Origin: Opitutaceae bacterium
Lineage (GTDB): Bacteria > Verrucomicrobiota > Verrucomicrobiia > Opitutales > Opitutaceae
DNA: 64,000 bases
Assembly: GCA_002722675.1 (NCBI GenBank)
Contig: PBMN01000025.1
Coordinates: 47,267 to 111,266, forward strand
Reading direction: 5' to 3'
Below are positions 42,055 through 52,056 of the stretch, in pieces (position 1 is the first letter of the stretch; each line of letters starts with the position of its first letter). The position numbers and the translations under genes were made by a program. Below the pieces are notes generated by a model. It made no database searches and was not told where the DNA came from. It saw only the letters and a list, made by a program, of their open reading frames with translations.

Positions 42055-43236
42055 TTATTCTAGCATGCGAAACTTTTGATTCTGCTTCGGAAATTCTAAG
42101 GTGACGAGCGTCCCGACTCCTTCCTTGCTATCTATGCCAACTTGTCCCCCATGCTCCCGCATGATACGCTGAACAATCATCATACCAAGACCCGTGCCGC
42201 CTTTTTTTGTAGTATGGTATGGCTGGAAAACATGTGATAGTTTTTCGTGCTTGATACCTGAACCCGAATCTCCGAACCGAAGGTAAAACCGCTCTTCATC
42301 GGACTGGATTTTGACTCGAATAACCCCACCCGGCTGCATCGCTTCAATCGCGTTTTTGGTTACGTTGAAAAACACCTGCTTTATTTGCTGCTTGTCCGCT
42401 CGAACAATCGGGCTTTCTGCCCCAGTGTCGATCTCCACTGTAATACCACGGTCTTCTAATTCGTTGGACTGAAACTCAAGCGACTCTTCCAGCACCTCGT
42501 TTAGATTAAGGGTCTGGAAGTCTGGTATTTGCGGTCGAACCGCTTCGAGAAAATTCTTGATAATCCCATCAAGTCGCGAAACTTCATTACGACACACTTC
42601 AAGCGAGCCAGCCAGCTTTTCATTGGGAGGAGTCTGTTCAAGCTTTGCTAACTGGCGTTCCATCAGTTGGAGATGGATGGTTATCGAATTCAGCGGATTC
42701 CCCAACTCATGAGCGACACCAGCCGCCAAAAGCAAAATCGAACTTACCCGTTCTGACTCCATCGATTCCCGCGTTGATTGCTTCTCGATCGTTATATCCG
42801 ACAAAATCACGACGAATCGCGCATCGCCACCGTCCTTGCCTTCGCCTTCGCCTTCAAAGGGCAAAATATAGAGTCGAACGTATCGATTCTGCGGGTACGT
42901 TAGCTGTAGCTCCCTTGAGCTCACTGACGACTCCAACAGAGCCCCCTCGTCTAGCCCGAGCGATCCGCGCAATTCGGGAATAAGGCGCCACAAAGAGGCC
43001 TCACCAATATCTTTATCCTTGAGTCCAATCATGCGATGACTGGCCACATTCGCGTACTCGATAACGCCTAGGTCGCTAATCACAAGTATCCCCTCGAGCG
43101 CCGTATTGAAGATGGTTTCAAGCAGTTCCCTCTCACGAGCGAGCTTTTTGACTAGATTGGTCAGATTGATCGTGTCCAGGGAATCGATCTGCCCAAGAAC
43201 ACGATCCAGCGAAGATTCCTTCTTTCCAAACTTCAT
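42055..43236 (-). CDS. Cytoplasmic PAS sensor histidine kinase
   Basis: AHELGNPL H-box, DSGSGI, GTGLG; PAS-like N-terminus; no TM helix. Confidence 0.92.
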   Translation of the reverse strand: MKFGKKESSLDRVLGQIDSLDTINLTNLVKKLARERELLETIFNTALEGILVISDLGVIEYANVASHRMIGLKDKDIGEASLWRLIPELRGSLGLDEGALLESSVSSRELQLTYPQNRYVRLYILPFEGEGEGKDGGDARFVVILSDITIEKQSTRESMESERVSSILLLAAGVAHELGNPLNSITIHLQLMERQLAKLEQTPPNEKLAGSLEVCRNEVSRLDGIIKNFLEAVRPQIPDFQTLNLNEVLEESLEFQSNELEDRGITVEIDTGAESPIVRADKQQIKQVFFNVTKNAIEAMQPGGVIRVKIQSDEERFYLRFGDSGSGIKHEKLSHVFQPYHTTKKGGTGLGMMIVQRIMREHGGQVGIDSKEGVGTLVTLEFPKQNQKFRMLE

Positions 43237-43452
43237 GGAAAGGCTAGTAGATTCAAAAATCACAGATGGCAATCTTTCGTCACACGGAAAACATCTCCTC
43301 CATCTCCGACAAACCTGTCACACTCATCGCAAATCAAGTAATACGTGAGTATCCAGAGAACCTAGTTCATGCAGCGAAAAGCAACTCCATCACACACGTG
43401 TTAGTTTTTCGCTTGCCTTTCCCTTTTCCGGTTGTTGATTCACCTGCAAATC

Positions 43453-44553
43453 ATGAGTTCACTTCAACTAAGACCTTCGGAAAACTGCAAATACGATTGT
43501 GTATCGCTGGGCGAAATCATGCTTCGACTCGACCCAGGCGAAGGGCGAACAAGAACCGCACGGTCCTTCACCGCTTGGGAAGGTGGAGGCGAATACAACG
43601 TATCGCGTGGTCTCCGTCGATGCTTCGGATTTAAGACCGCCGTAGTGACGGCTCTGGCAGACAACGAGGTGGGCCGATTGATTGAAGACTTCATACTCCA
43701 AGGTGGTGTCGCAACCGACTTTATCAATTGGGTTCCCTACGATGGAATTGGTCGATCTTCTCGTAACGGACTCAATTTCACCGAGCGTGGCTTCGGAATT
43801 CGCGGAGCCAAAGGGGTTCCCGATCGCGGCAACACAGCCGCATCGCAAATGAGACCGGGCGACGTCAACTGGGATACTCTTTTTCAAAAAGAAGGTGTTC
43901 GATGGCTGCACACAGGTGGAATTTTCGCCGCTCTTAGTGTCACCGCCGCAGACCTTGTCATTGAAGCCGCCAAGGCAGCCAAAGCCGCCGATACCATCGT
44001 GTCCTACGATCTAAATTACCGACCTTCTCTCTGGAAAGACATCGGCGGCATTAAAAAAGCCCAAGAGGTCAACCGCGAGATTGCCCAGTACGTGGACGTC
44101 ATGATCGGCAATGAGGAAGACTTTACCGCTAGCCTAGGCTACGAAATCGAAGGCGTTGACGAATCCCTATCCAATCTAGAGACCGACAGCTTCAAAACCA
44201 TGATCAGTCAAGCGGTGGCAGACTATCCCAATTTCAAGGTCGTCGCAACCACCCTTCGCGGCGTAAAGACGGCGACCGTTAATGACTGGGGTGCAATTTG
44301 CTGGGCGGATGGATCTTTCTACGAAGCCACTCACCGTCCCGAACTTGAGATACTCGACCGAGTAGGCGGCGGGGATTCATTCGCTTCAGGACTTATTTAT
44401 GGCCTCATCACGAAGGGTGATGCCGCTCAAGCTGTTGAATATGGAGCCGCTCATGGCGCTCTGGCGATGACAACGCCAGGCGACACTTCCATGGCAACCG
44501 TGGCCGAAGTCGAAAAGCTAGTCGCGGGCGGATCCGCACGTGTTGACCGATAG
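43453..44553 (+). CDS. kdgK: PfkB sugar kinase, 2-keto-3-deoxygluconate kinase family
   Basis: GEIMLRL, GGGEYNV, DLNYRPSLW, DRVGGGDSF. Confidence 0.8.
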   Translation: MSSLQLRPSENCKYDCVSLGEIMLRLDPGEGRTRTARSFTAWEGGGEYNVSRGLRRCFGFKTAVVTALADNEVGRLIEDFILQGGVATDFINWVPYDGIGRSSRNGLNFTERGFGIRGAKGVPDRGNTAASQMRPGDVNWDTLFQKEGVRWLHTGGIFAALSVTAADLVIEAAKAAKAADTIVSYDLNYRPSLWKDIGGIKKAQEVNREIAQYVDVMIGNEEDFTASLGYEIEGVDESLSNLETDSFKTMISQAVADYPNFKVVATTLRGVKTATVNDWGAICWADGSFYEATHRPELEILDRVGGGDSFASGLIYGLITKGDAAQAVEYGAAHGALAMTTPGDTSMATVAEVEKLVAGGSARVDR

Positions 44554-44807
44554 CAACCCCGCGGGCCAAGACAGCCTGTCTCAACCATTTGGACCAAAAG
44601 CTAACCCAGCAGCCAATTCTAGCTTTCGAGCTGTAGCGCCAAAAAACTTGTAAGGATCTAACCTTTTTTGGCCCAATTCTTTGCTTTGCAAGTCCGCATT
44701 AGCTGATATTCTAGATAACTAATGAACACCTTCTACTCGCATTTTGTGTGATCACAAGTCCGGTCCTGCTTGCTTAATGCAATTTTTCACATTTTGCTCC
44801 GGAACTG

Positions 44808-45893
44808 ATGAGGAGATTTTTAGGACTTAGCCTATTGGCTTTAGTTTCCGGTGCTTTGTTTTTAGGGGGTTGCAAACGCGATTCGTTCGCAGTCTACGAT
44901 GTACCGAAGGAAAATAAGGCAGCCCCCCCTTCGGTTGCAACCGCTCCCATTTCAGCCCCCACTGAGAATAGCTGGATCCAGTGGTCTAAACCTGCCGCTT
45001 GGACAGAACTCGCTCCCACTGCTTTTCGTAAAGGAAACTACCTTGTAGAGGGCAACGACGGGAAAAAAGTCGAAATAACGGTCTCATCCTTTCCAGGAAC
45101 GGTTGGTGGCACTCTGGCGAACGTAAACCGATGGAGAGGACAGGCCGGACTTTATTCCATTAATCGCGAGGAACTATCCCAAGGGCTCACCGAGGTTCGA
45201 ATCGACGGGCACGACGGCCAAATCGTGAACATCCTTCCTGACAGCGACGATCCTGACGCCACTCAAATTGTAGCCGCCATATTCATGTACAATGGGGAAA
45301 GCTGGTTCTTCAAAATGTCTGGACCGCAGCAGGGTGTACGCTCGCAAAAACCAACCTTCGATCAGTTTATCGCTGGCCTCAAGTTTACGGACACCGCGTC
45401 CGAACACGAGTCCTCAGTGGCCAGCAGCGAGGCCTCGAAAGAACCCGTCCTTGCATTCGATGCACCTGGGAGCTGGGTTGAATCAGACGGCTCATCCATG
45501 AGAATTGCCAGCTATGAAGCACCCCTAGAGGGTTTTGAGCCCGCAGATTTTTCAATCACCAGTTTTCCAGGAGATGCCGGTGGGATTACGGCCAACGTAA
45601 ATCGCTGGAGGCAGCAAATAGGACTTCGCCCCTGGAGCGATTCTCAGGTTAATTCCAACCAGGAGGCTCTCGAAGTTGGGGACCTCGACTTTGCACTTTT
45701 CGACCTTAAACCGCAAACAGACTCAGACAAGGAACTTATTAAGGAACGCATCCTCGCAGGAATTGTCAAATATGACGGTAAGAGCTGGTTCTACAAGCTT
45801 CGCGGCGACGTTTTTCTTGTGGAGACACAACGCAATAAGTTTCGGCAACTTGTCCAGTCATCACGATTCGAAGCGAGCAATTCTAAGAATTAG
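44808..45893 (+). CDS. Lipoprotein with two internal repeats (SFPG..GG..ANVNRWR.Q), unknown function
   Basis: Lipobox LGGC; two about 150-aa repeats, each ending SWFxK; 12 bp upstream of resB. Confidence 0.8.
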   Translation: MRRFLGLSLLALVSGALFLGGCKRDSFAVYDVPKENKAAPPSVATAPISAPTENSWIQWSKPAAWTELAPTAFRKGNYLVEGNDGKKVEITVSSFPGTVGGTLANVNRWRGQAGLYSINREELSQGLTEVRIDGHDGQIVNILPDSDDPDATQIVAAIFMYNGESWFFKMSGPQQGVRSQKPTFDQFIAGLKFTDTASEHESSVASSEASKEPVLAFDAPGSWVESDGSSMRIASYEAPLEGFEPADFSITSFPGDAGGITANVNRWRQQIGLRPWSDSQVNSNQEALEVGDLDFALFDLKPQTDSDKELIKERILAGIVKYDGKSWFYKLRGDVFLVETQRNKFRQLVQSSRFEASNSKN

Positions 45894-45905
45894 CCGAGCC
45901 GTATT

Positions 45906-47057
45906 ATGAAGCCTTTCATCAAATTCTTTACTTCATTTGAGCTGGCCATTTCCTGCATGGTTTTGGGACTGATCCTCGTCTTCATTGGTACACTGGACCA
46001 AGTCAACTTGGGGATTCATGGTGCGGTCGAGCAGTATTTCTACACCTTTTTTGTTTTTTGGGTAATACCTGGGAGTGAAATCACTATACCGTATTTTCCG
46101 GGGGGATACACAATCGGGCTCTTTCTACTCGTCAATTTAATCAGCGCCCTCGTTTTCCGATTTCGCTACTCATGGAAAAAATCTGGCGTCTTGATGGTGC
46201 ATATTGGAGTGATCACCCTGCTTGTCGGCGAGCTGATTTCCAGCATGATGCAGACCGACAGTGCCATGATTATAGACGAGGGTGACTCCTCCAATTTCTC
46301 GGAAGACCGGCAGATAGTGGAACTCGCTGTGATAGACCACAGTGTGTCGACCAAAACCGACCGTGTATACGCATTCCCACATGAAATGATGGAAACGATG
46401 CAAGACTGCAGGCATGAGGAACTTCCCTTCAAAATCGGATTCAATCAGTACATGGCGAATTCGGTCATCCAGCGCAGAGACGAAAGTACCCCCAGTAGAG
46501 CATTCATCGCAAACCAGGGAATCGGGCTGAACACGTTTGCCCAGGAAATTCCGAAAACAGGAAAAATGGACGACGTGAATCGTACTTCAGCCATTTTAAC
46601 TATCTTTGACGATTCGGGCGAGGTGCTCGGCACTTGGTTGGCTAGCCTAGGATTCCCTCCGCAAAAATTCACATTCCAAGGGAAGGATTACTCTCTAGAA
46701 ATCCGCCGTAAACGCTACTACTACCCGTTCGATATCCATCTCAACGATTTCAGTCATGACCGGTATTTGGGAACAAATATACCGGTGAATTTCTCGAGCG
46801 AAATCGAGCTTACACACCCGGAACGAGGCGAAAAGAGAGAGTTCCTGATCTACATGAACCACCCGCTGCGGTACAACGGCCTTACCTTTTTTCAAAGCGG
46901 ATTCGCCAATGAAGACAAGACCACAATCTTGCAGGTCGTCAGTAACCCTGGTCGCCACCTGCCTTACCTGTCCTGCGGGCTCATTTTTGTTGGACTCACT
47001 GTCCAGTTCCTGATCGGACTCATCTCATTTGCTGGACGGCGCCAGAAGAAATCATGA
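45906..47057 (+). CDS. resB: Cytochrome c biogenesis protein ResB/CcsB (System II)
   Basis: N-terminal TM helices with conserved His (VHIG), IYMNHPLRYNGLTFFQSGF, C-terminal TM helix. Confidence 0.85.
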   Translation: MKPFIKFFTSFELAISCMVLGLILVFIGTLDQVNLGIHGAVEQYFYTFFVFWVIPGSEITIPYFPGGYTIGLFLLVNLISALVFRFRYSWKKSGVLMVHIGVITLLVGELISSMMQTDSAMIIDEGDSSNFSEDRQIVELAVIDHSVSTKTDRVYAFPHEMMETMQDCRHEELPFKIGFNQYMANSVIQRRDESTPSRAFIANQGIGLNTFAQEIPKTGKMDDVNRTSAILTIFDDSGEVLGTWLASLGFPPQKFTFQGKDYSLEIRRKRYYYPFDIHLNDFSHDRYLGTNIPVNFSSEIELTHPERGEKREFLIYMNHPLRYNGLTFFQSGFANEDKTTILQVVSNPGRHLPYLSCGLIFVGLTVQFLIGLISFAGRRQKKS

Positions 47058-48937
47058 AGAAACGATTACCCGCCATCGTCGCAATTTCTTTTCTCCTCTT
47101 GTACTTTGCTTCCAACTACATGAAGCAGACCCCAAGGACGGAGTTTGACTACACCGCATTCGGCAAAACGTCCATCCACCTCAACGGACGTATTCAGCCC
47201 CTAGATTCCGTGGCTCGGAACGCGCTTCTAGGCATTCGGTACAAACGGACTTTCATCGGGGACGAGGGGAAGAAAACCCCCGCCATTGTTTGGCTCACGG
47301 AGCTAATGATGCGTCCAGATCTTGCCCACGACCGCCCTATTTTCAGGATCCAGGACGAAGATGTCCAAGCACTGCTCAAGCTGCCTAAAAAGCCCAGTAC
47401 TCGGAGTAAAGTGATGATTGCCCTGCTGGGACAAGGGAGTGAGCACTTTTACTTTACCTTCAACGAGATAGGTCCTTCGTTGAAGGTAATAAGCGAACAA
47501 GCTCAAAAGGCGGGTGAATTGGAGGACGCCCAGCGGTCGCGCTTTCAAAAGGCAGTTATCCAACTCGCCAGGGCCCTGTCGAACTACTCGGGACTGAGCC
47601 AATCGCTTCATCATGGACAGGTCGCCTCCTTCCGGCAAGAACTCGAAGACCTCGAAAATTTTGCTCCCGCTGGAGTGGAAGCAGTGAACAGACGACAACT
47701 AGGGGAAGAGTACGACGAGAATTCCTTAAACCAAATGATGAGCATTGGGTTCCTCTATCAAGGCTTCGAGCAGTCCAGTAAACTGCTCACGCTTCCTTCA
47801 GTGGACGCAAACGAGGAAATCGAGTGGAACAAGACCAGCACCCTGCTCCGCCAAGTATTACAACAAGGCCAGGCCAACGAGATTGTGCACAGCTATGCTA
47901 AGGTCGTGGACGCCTACCGAAACGAGGATGCAACAGCATTTAATGAGGGCGTTAAAGCGCTGCACGCCGACCTTAATGGTGTCGAACCATCCCTCCTGCC
48001 ACATGCAGGGGTAGAGCAACTCTTTAACTTCTTAGAGCCGTTCTACATAGCAGCTGCAGGATATGTAATGGCGTTTTTGGCCGTAATCGTATCATGGGTA
48101 CGTTGGCCGAAAATCTTAAACCAAGCTGCTTTTGCACTGATCTGCACCTGTGCCATTATCCACACTGCCGGAATCCTTTTCCGAATCTACATCATCGGGT
48201 ACGCACCAGTCATCAATCTTTACTCTTCGGCTATATTCGTCGGCTGGGGAGCGGTACTCTTGGCAATCGCGCTCGAGTGGCTTTTCAAGAACAGTATTGG
48301 AAACGCGACCGCGGCAATAATCGGCTTTTCCACCCTCCTAGTTGCTCACCATCTATCCGCCAGTGGCGACACGCTTGAAATGTTGCGGGCAGTACTCGAC
48401 AACAATTTCTGGCTAGCGACGCACGTGATTATCATTACACTGGGTTACTCAGCTACTTTCCTCGCTGGTTTCATCGGGTTCATATTCATTTTGATGTCCG
48501 TCTTCTCAAATCGAGTCGACAAGAAGACCGCACGCACGTTCGGAAGTATGGTTTACGGCATCGTTTGCTTTGCCACCTTGTTCAGCTTTGTGGGCACTAT
48601 CCTTGGGGGCATTTGGGCAGACCAATCGTGGGGACGCTTCTGGGGCTGGGACCCGAAAGAGAATGGCGCACTTCTCATCGTTATCTGGAATGCTATCATT
48701 CTCCACTGCAAATGGGTAGGATTCACCCGCGCGCGAGGGATCATGATTCTGGCCATATTTGGCAATGTCGTTTGCAGCTGGTCCTGGTTCGGCACAAACA
48801 TGTTGGGAATCGGCCTCCATGCCTATGGCTTCATGGACGAAGCCTTCACCTATTTGGTCGGATTTATGGCTGTTCAGGTTTTAGTGATGGCCATCGGTTC
48901 CGTTCCCACTCGATTCTGGAAAAGCCAAATTGGCTAG
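47054..48937 (+). CDS. ccsA: Cytochrome c synthase CcsA/ResC with long N-terminal extracytoplasmic domain
   Basis: WWD motif WADQSWGRFWGWDPKE; His in ATHV, ILH and GLHAY; ATGA overlap with resB. Confidence 0.93.
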   Translation: MKKRLPAIVAISFLLLYFASNYMKQTPRTEFDYTAFGKTSIHLNGRIQPLDSVARNALLGIRYKRTFIGDEGKKTPAIVWLTELMMRPDLAHDRPIFRIQDEDVQALLKLPKKPSTRSKVMIALLGQGSEHFYFTFNEIGPSLKVISEQAQKAGELEDAQRSRFQKAVIQLARALSNYSGLSQSLHHGQVASFRQELEDLENFAPAGVEAVNRRQLGEEYDENSLNQMMSIGFLYQGFEQSSKLLTLPSVDANEEIEWNKTSTLLRQVLQQGQANEIVHSYAKVVDAYRNEDATAFNEGVKALHADLNGVEPSLLPHAGVEQLFNFLEPFYIAAAGYVMAFLAVIVSWVRWPKILNQAAFALICTCAIIHTAGILFRIYIIGYAPVINLYSSAIFVGWGAVLLAIALEWLFKNSIGNATAAIIGFSTLLVAHHLSASGDTLEMLRAVLDNNFWLATHVIIITLGYSATFLAGFIGFIFILMSVFSNRVDKKTARTFGSMVYGIVCFATLFSFVGTILGGIWADQSWGRFWGWDPKENGALLIVIWNAIILHCKWVGFTRARGIMILAIFGNVVCSWSWFGTNMLGIGLHAYGFMDEAFTYLVGFMAVQVLVMAIGSVPTRFWKSQIG

Positions 48938-49131
48938 AGCATTTTCGATTGGGATGTCGCAAAGACCGGGTGCAACGCCTCAGGTGGTGTCGATTCAATA
49001 TGTGCGGTACGCCGTGCTGGTGGCCAAGCTCTTTCCGTGTTGCCAGAGCTCTCTCGGCCACGACTCGTAGATTGGAGAAGACTCAATGAAAAACTCTCGC
49101 GACGGCTAAACACAGTCGCCGCGCCATATCG

Positions 49132-51735
49132 CTATTCCCCTTTCGTCGCACTCTCCAACTTCAAGTCGTCCCCATCCAGCAAATACTTAACAGTCATTCC
49201 ATCGTCCACCCTGCCTTCGATAATGGCTCGAGCGAGAGAGGACTGAATGGACCGCTGCATGAACCGCTTAAGGGGTCGAGCGCCGTAGACCGGATCGTAT
49301 CCCTTTTCCGCAATCCACTCGACCGCATCCTTTTCGAGAACCACGCTGATACGTCGATCGGCCAATGTCTTGTTTAAATCAGCTAGGAGAAGAACCACGA
49401 TCTGCTCGATTTCCTCGAGTGACAATGGCTTGAATATAATTGTTTCATCTACCCGATTCAGGAACTCCGGCCTGAAATGGCCGCGTAGCTCGGAGAGCAC
49501 TGAATTTTCTAGGGACTCAGGGATTTCTCCACCAATTACTCCCTCCAATAAGTACTGGCTACCGATATTCGAGGTCATAATGATAATCGTATTTTTAAAG
49601 TCGACCATCCGACCCTGCGAATCTGTCACGCGCCCTTCGTCAAGTATCTGCAGCATCACATTAAACACGTCTGGGTGGGCTTTTTCGATCTCGTCGAAAA
49701 GCAAAACCGAATACGGTTTGCGACGTATCGCCTCCGTCAGTTGCCCGCCTTCTTCATATCCCACGTAACCTGGCGGGGCGCCGATCAATCGAGCCACCGC
49801 GTGGCGCTCCATATACTCGGACATGTCGATACGGACCACCGCATCCTCACTGTCAAACAAGGTCTCGGCCAAGGTCTTCGCGAGTTCAGTTTTCCCCATC
49901 CCCGTAGGGCCTAGAAAGATAAAACTACCAATCGGTTTAAGGGGATCTTTGATTCCTGCCCGAGCCCGTAGGATTGCTTCGGATACCAGTCGAACCGGTT
50001 CGTCTTGCCCAATCACGCTCTCGTGCATGATCGACTCAAGCTGGAGCAGCTTCTGCTTTTCCCCCTCGATTAGCCGAGTTACCGGAATCCCCGTCCAACG
50101 GGAAATGATATCGGCAATTTCTTCTTGCGAAACCTCCTCTTTGACCAGCGAACTTTCGCTTTGATTAGCCTCTGCATCTGCGAGCCTCGCCTCTAGTTGG
50201 GGAAGTTTACCGTGCTTCAGCTCTGCAGCCTTATTCAAGTCATAGGCACGCTCCACCCTCTCGATCTCAGCTTTGGTCGCCTCTATAGATCCCCGCAATT
50301 CTTGCAGCTCCGAAATCGATGCTTTCTCGTTCTGCCATTGTTGACGCTGGGCGGTCTCCTGCTCTTTCAGGTCCGCAACTTCCTTACGCAGCGTTTTAAG
50401 ACGTGTCTTAGACGCGTCATCCGTTTCCTGCAACATAGCTGCTTCTTCAATCTCCAGCTGCATAATCCTTCGCGTGAGGGCGTCGAGCTCCTCGGGCATG
50501 CTATCCATTTCGATCCTTATACTCGCACACGCCTCGTCAACAAGGTCGATGGCCTTGTCCGGTAAAAACCGGTCGGAAATGTACCTATCCGAAAGCACCG
50601 CAGCGCTTACGAGGGCGTTGTCCTGAATCCGCACCCCATGGTGGACTTCATAGCGTTCTTTCAGTCCCCGCAAAATGGATATCGTATCTTCGACATTGGG
50701 CTGCTCCACTAGCACGCTCTGAAAACGTCGCTCCAATGCTGCGTCTTTCTCAATATGCAAACGGTACTCATCCAATGTCGTAGCTCCGATACAGTGCAGC
50801 TCGCCTCTCGCGAGCATCGGTTTTAGAAGGTTGCCCGCATCCATGGCGCCTTCAGCCTTTCCGGCCCCGACAATCGTATGGAGTTCGTCGATAAACAAAA
50901 TGATCTGGCCATCGGAACTTTTCACTTCCTGAAGAACCGCTTTCAAGCGTTCCTCAAATTCCCCACGAAACTTTGCACCAGCGAGCAAAGACCCCATGTC
51001 GAGTGAGAACACCGTGCGGTCCTTCAGTCCTTCGGGCACGTCCCCTCGCACTATTCTCTGAGCCAGCCCTTCCACAATTGCGGTCTTTCCCACACCGGGT
51101 TCACCAATGAGAACCGGGTTATTTTTTGTCTTACGGGATAGGATACGGATAACTCGGCGAATCTCATCGTCACGTCCAATAACCGGGTCCATCTTACCGC
51201 TCCTAGCTCGCTGGACGAGATCCATTCCATATTTCTCGAGAGCTTGAAACGTGGCTTCAGGATTCTGAGTGGTAACTCGCTGGTTTCCTCTCACTGATCG
51301 AAGGGCGGGAAGGACCTTCCGCCTATCTAAACCAAAACTACGGAGTAGATTGGCTAAAGACGAAGGCTTGGCAACTTCTACCAGTGCTAGGAAAAGATGC
51401 TCTACACTGATGAAGTCATCCTTGAGATTAGCTGCCTCAGTCTCCGCCCTCGTGAATGCGTCATTCAATGACGGCGTTATGAAAATCTTGCTGCTGTCAA
51501 CGGATCCGGAAACGCTCGGCAGCTTGTCAACCACCCGATCCAAGCTTAGAGCCATCGCATTCGGTGTGATCTCCAGCTTTTGCAACAGGCCTTGGACAAT
51601 TCCGCCGTCTTGCACTATCAGAGCTGAAAGCAAGTGTAGCGTCTCCACTTCGTTGTTCTTTTTACGCCGCGCGATTGCCTGCCCTTCGGTCAGAGCATTA
51701 CGGGCCATTTCAGTGAGTCGATTTGGGTCTATCAT
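49132..51735 (-). CDS. clpB: ATP-dependent chaperone ClpB
   Basis: Two AAA modules ([16 protein letters not shown]), middle coiled-coil domain, GGAGG RBS before ATG 51735. Confidence 0.96.
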   Translation of the reverse strand: MIDPNRLTEMARNALTEGQAIARRKKNNEVETLHLLSALIVQDGGIVQGLLQKLEITPNAMALSLDRVVDKLPSVSGSVDSSKIFITPSLNDAFTRAETEAANLKDDFISVEHLFLALVEVAKPSSLANLLRSFGLDRRKVLPALRSVRGNQRVTTQNPEATFQALEKYGMDLVQRARSGKMDPVIGRDDEIRRVIRILSRKTKNNPVLIGEPGVGKTAIVEGLAQRIVRGDVPEGLKDRTVFSLDMGSLLAGAKFRGEFEERLKAVLQEVKSSDGQIILFIDELHTIVGAGKAEGAMDAGNLLKPMLARGELHCIGATTLDEYRLHIEKDAALERRFQSVLVEQPNVEDTISILRGLKERYEVHHGVRIQDNALVSAAVLSDRYISDRFLPDKAIDLVDEACASIRIEMDSMPEELDALTRRIMQLEIEEAAMLQETDDASKTRLKTLRKEVADLKEQETAQRQQWQNEKASISELQELRGSIEATKAEIERVERAYDLNKAAELKHGKLPQLEARLADAEANQSESSLVKEEVSQEEIADIISRWTGIPVTRLIEGEKQKLLQLESIMHESVIGQDEPVRLVSEAILRARAGIKDPLKPIGSFIFLGPTGMGKTELAKTLAETLFDSEDAVVRIDMSEYMERHAVARLIGAPPGYVGYEEGGQLTEAIRRKPYSVLLFDEIEKAHPDVFNVMLQILDEGRVTDSQGRMVDFKNTIIIMTSNIGSQYLLEGVIGGEIPESLENSVLSELRGHFRPEFLNRVDETIIFKPLSLEEIEQIVVLLLADLNKTLADRRISVVLEKDAVEWIAEKGYDPVYGARPLKRFMQRSIQSSLARAIIEGRVDDGMTVKYLLDGDDLKLESATKGE

Positions 51736-51759
51736 TGGGCTTTCCTCCGAATATGGCTT

Positions 51760-51775
51760 TGCAAAATCCATACCG
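51760..51775 (-). promoter_or_regulatory. Sigma54-type -24/-12 promoter of clpB
   Basis: Minus strand cGGtatggattttGCa, GG-N10-GC, about 25 bp upstream of the start. Confidence 0.6.
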
Positions 51776-51916
51776 TAAACAAGTGGGCGAATTATCCCAG
51801 CTCAATTGATGCAGATATCGAAATTTATAATTTGTTAATGACTTTAATACAATGAGTTATCTCTTATCAAGTCGTATAGCAAAGCTTGTCAGAGAAACCG
51901 AATGGAAGGTATGGGA

Positions 51917-51974
51917 TGTCGTTAAAAGCGACAGGCTGACTACGACAAATCTCCCACTGTGCCTTATTGACACA
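51917..51974. promoter_or_regulatory. Two TGT-N11-ACA palindromes, candidate enhancer sites for clpB
   Basis: TGTCGTTAAAAGCGACA (51917-51933) and TGTGCCTTATTGACACA (51958-51974), 41 bp apart. Confidence 0.45.
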
Positions 51975-52056
51975 AATTATGAGTCTAGTTCGTTGTATTT
52001 CTAGCTTTTGTTATCCGATGGGGCGATCTCCAACAAAGCAGAGTTTAAGCGAATTA

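Noticed and set aside
44744-44757. TTGTGTGATCACAA palindrome before the cytochrome biogenesis operon as a CRP/FNR/Rex site
   Set aside because: Spacing does not fit those consensus sites; a single short palindrome is weak evidence.
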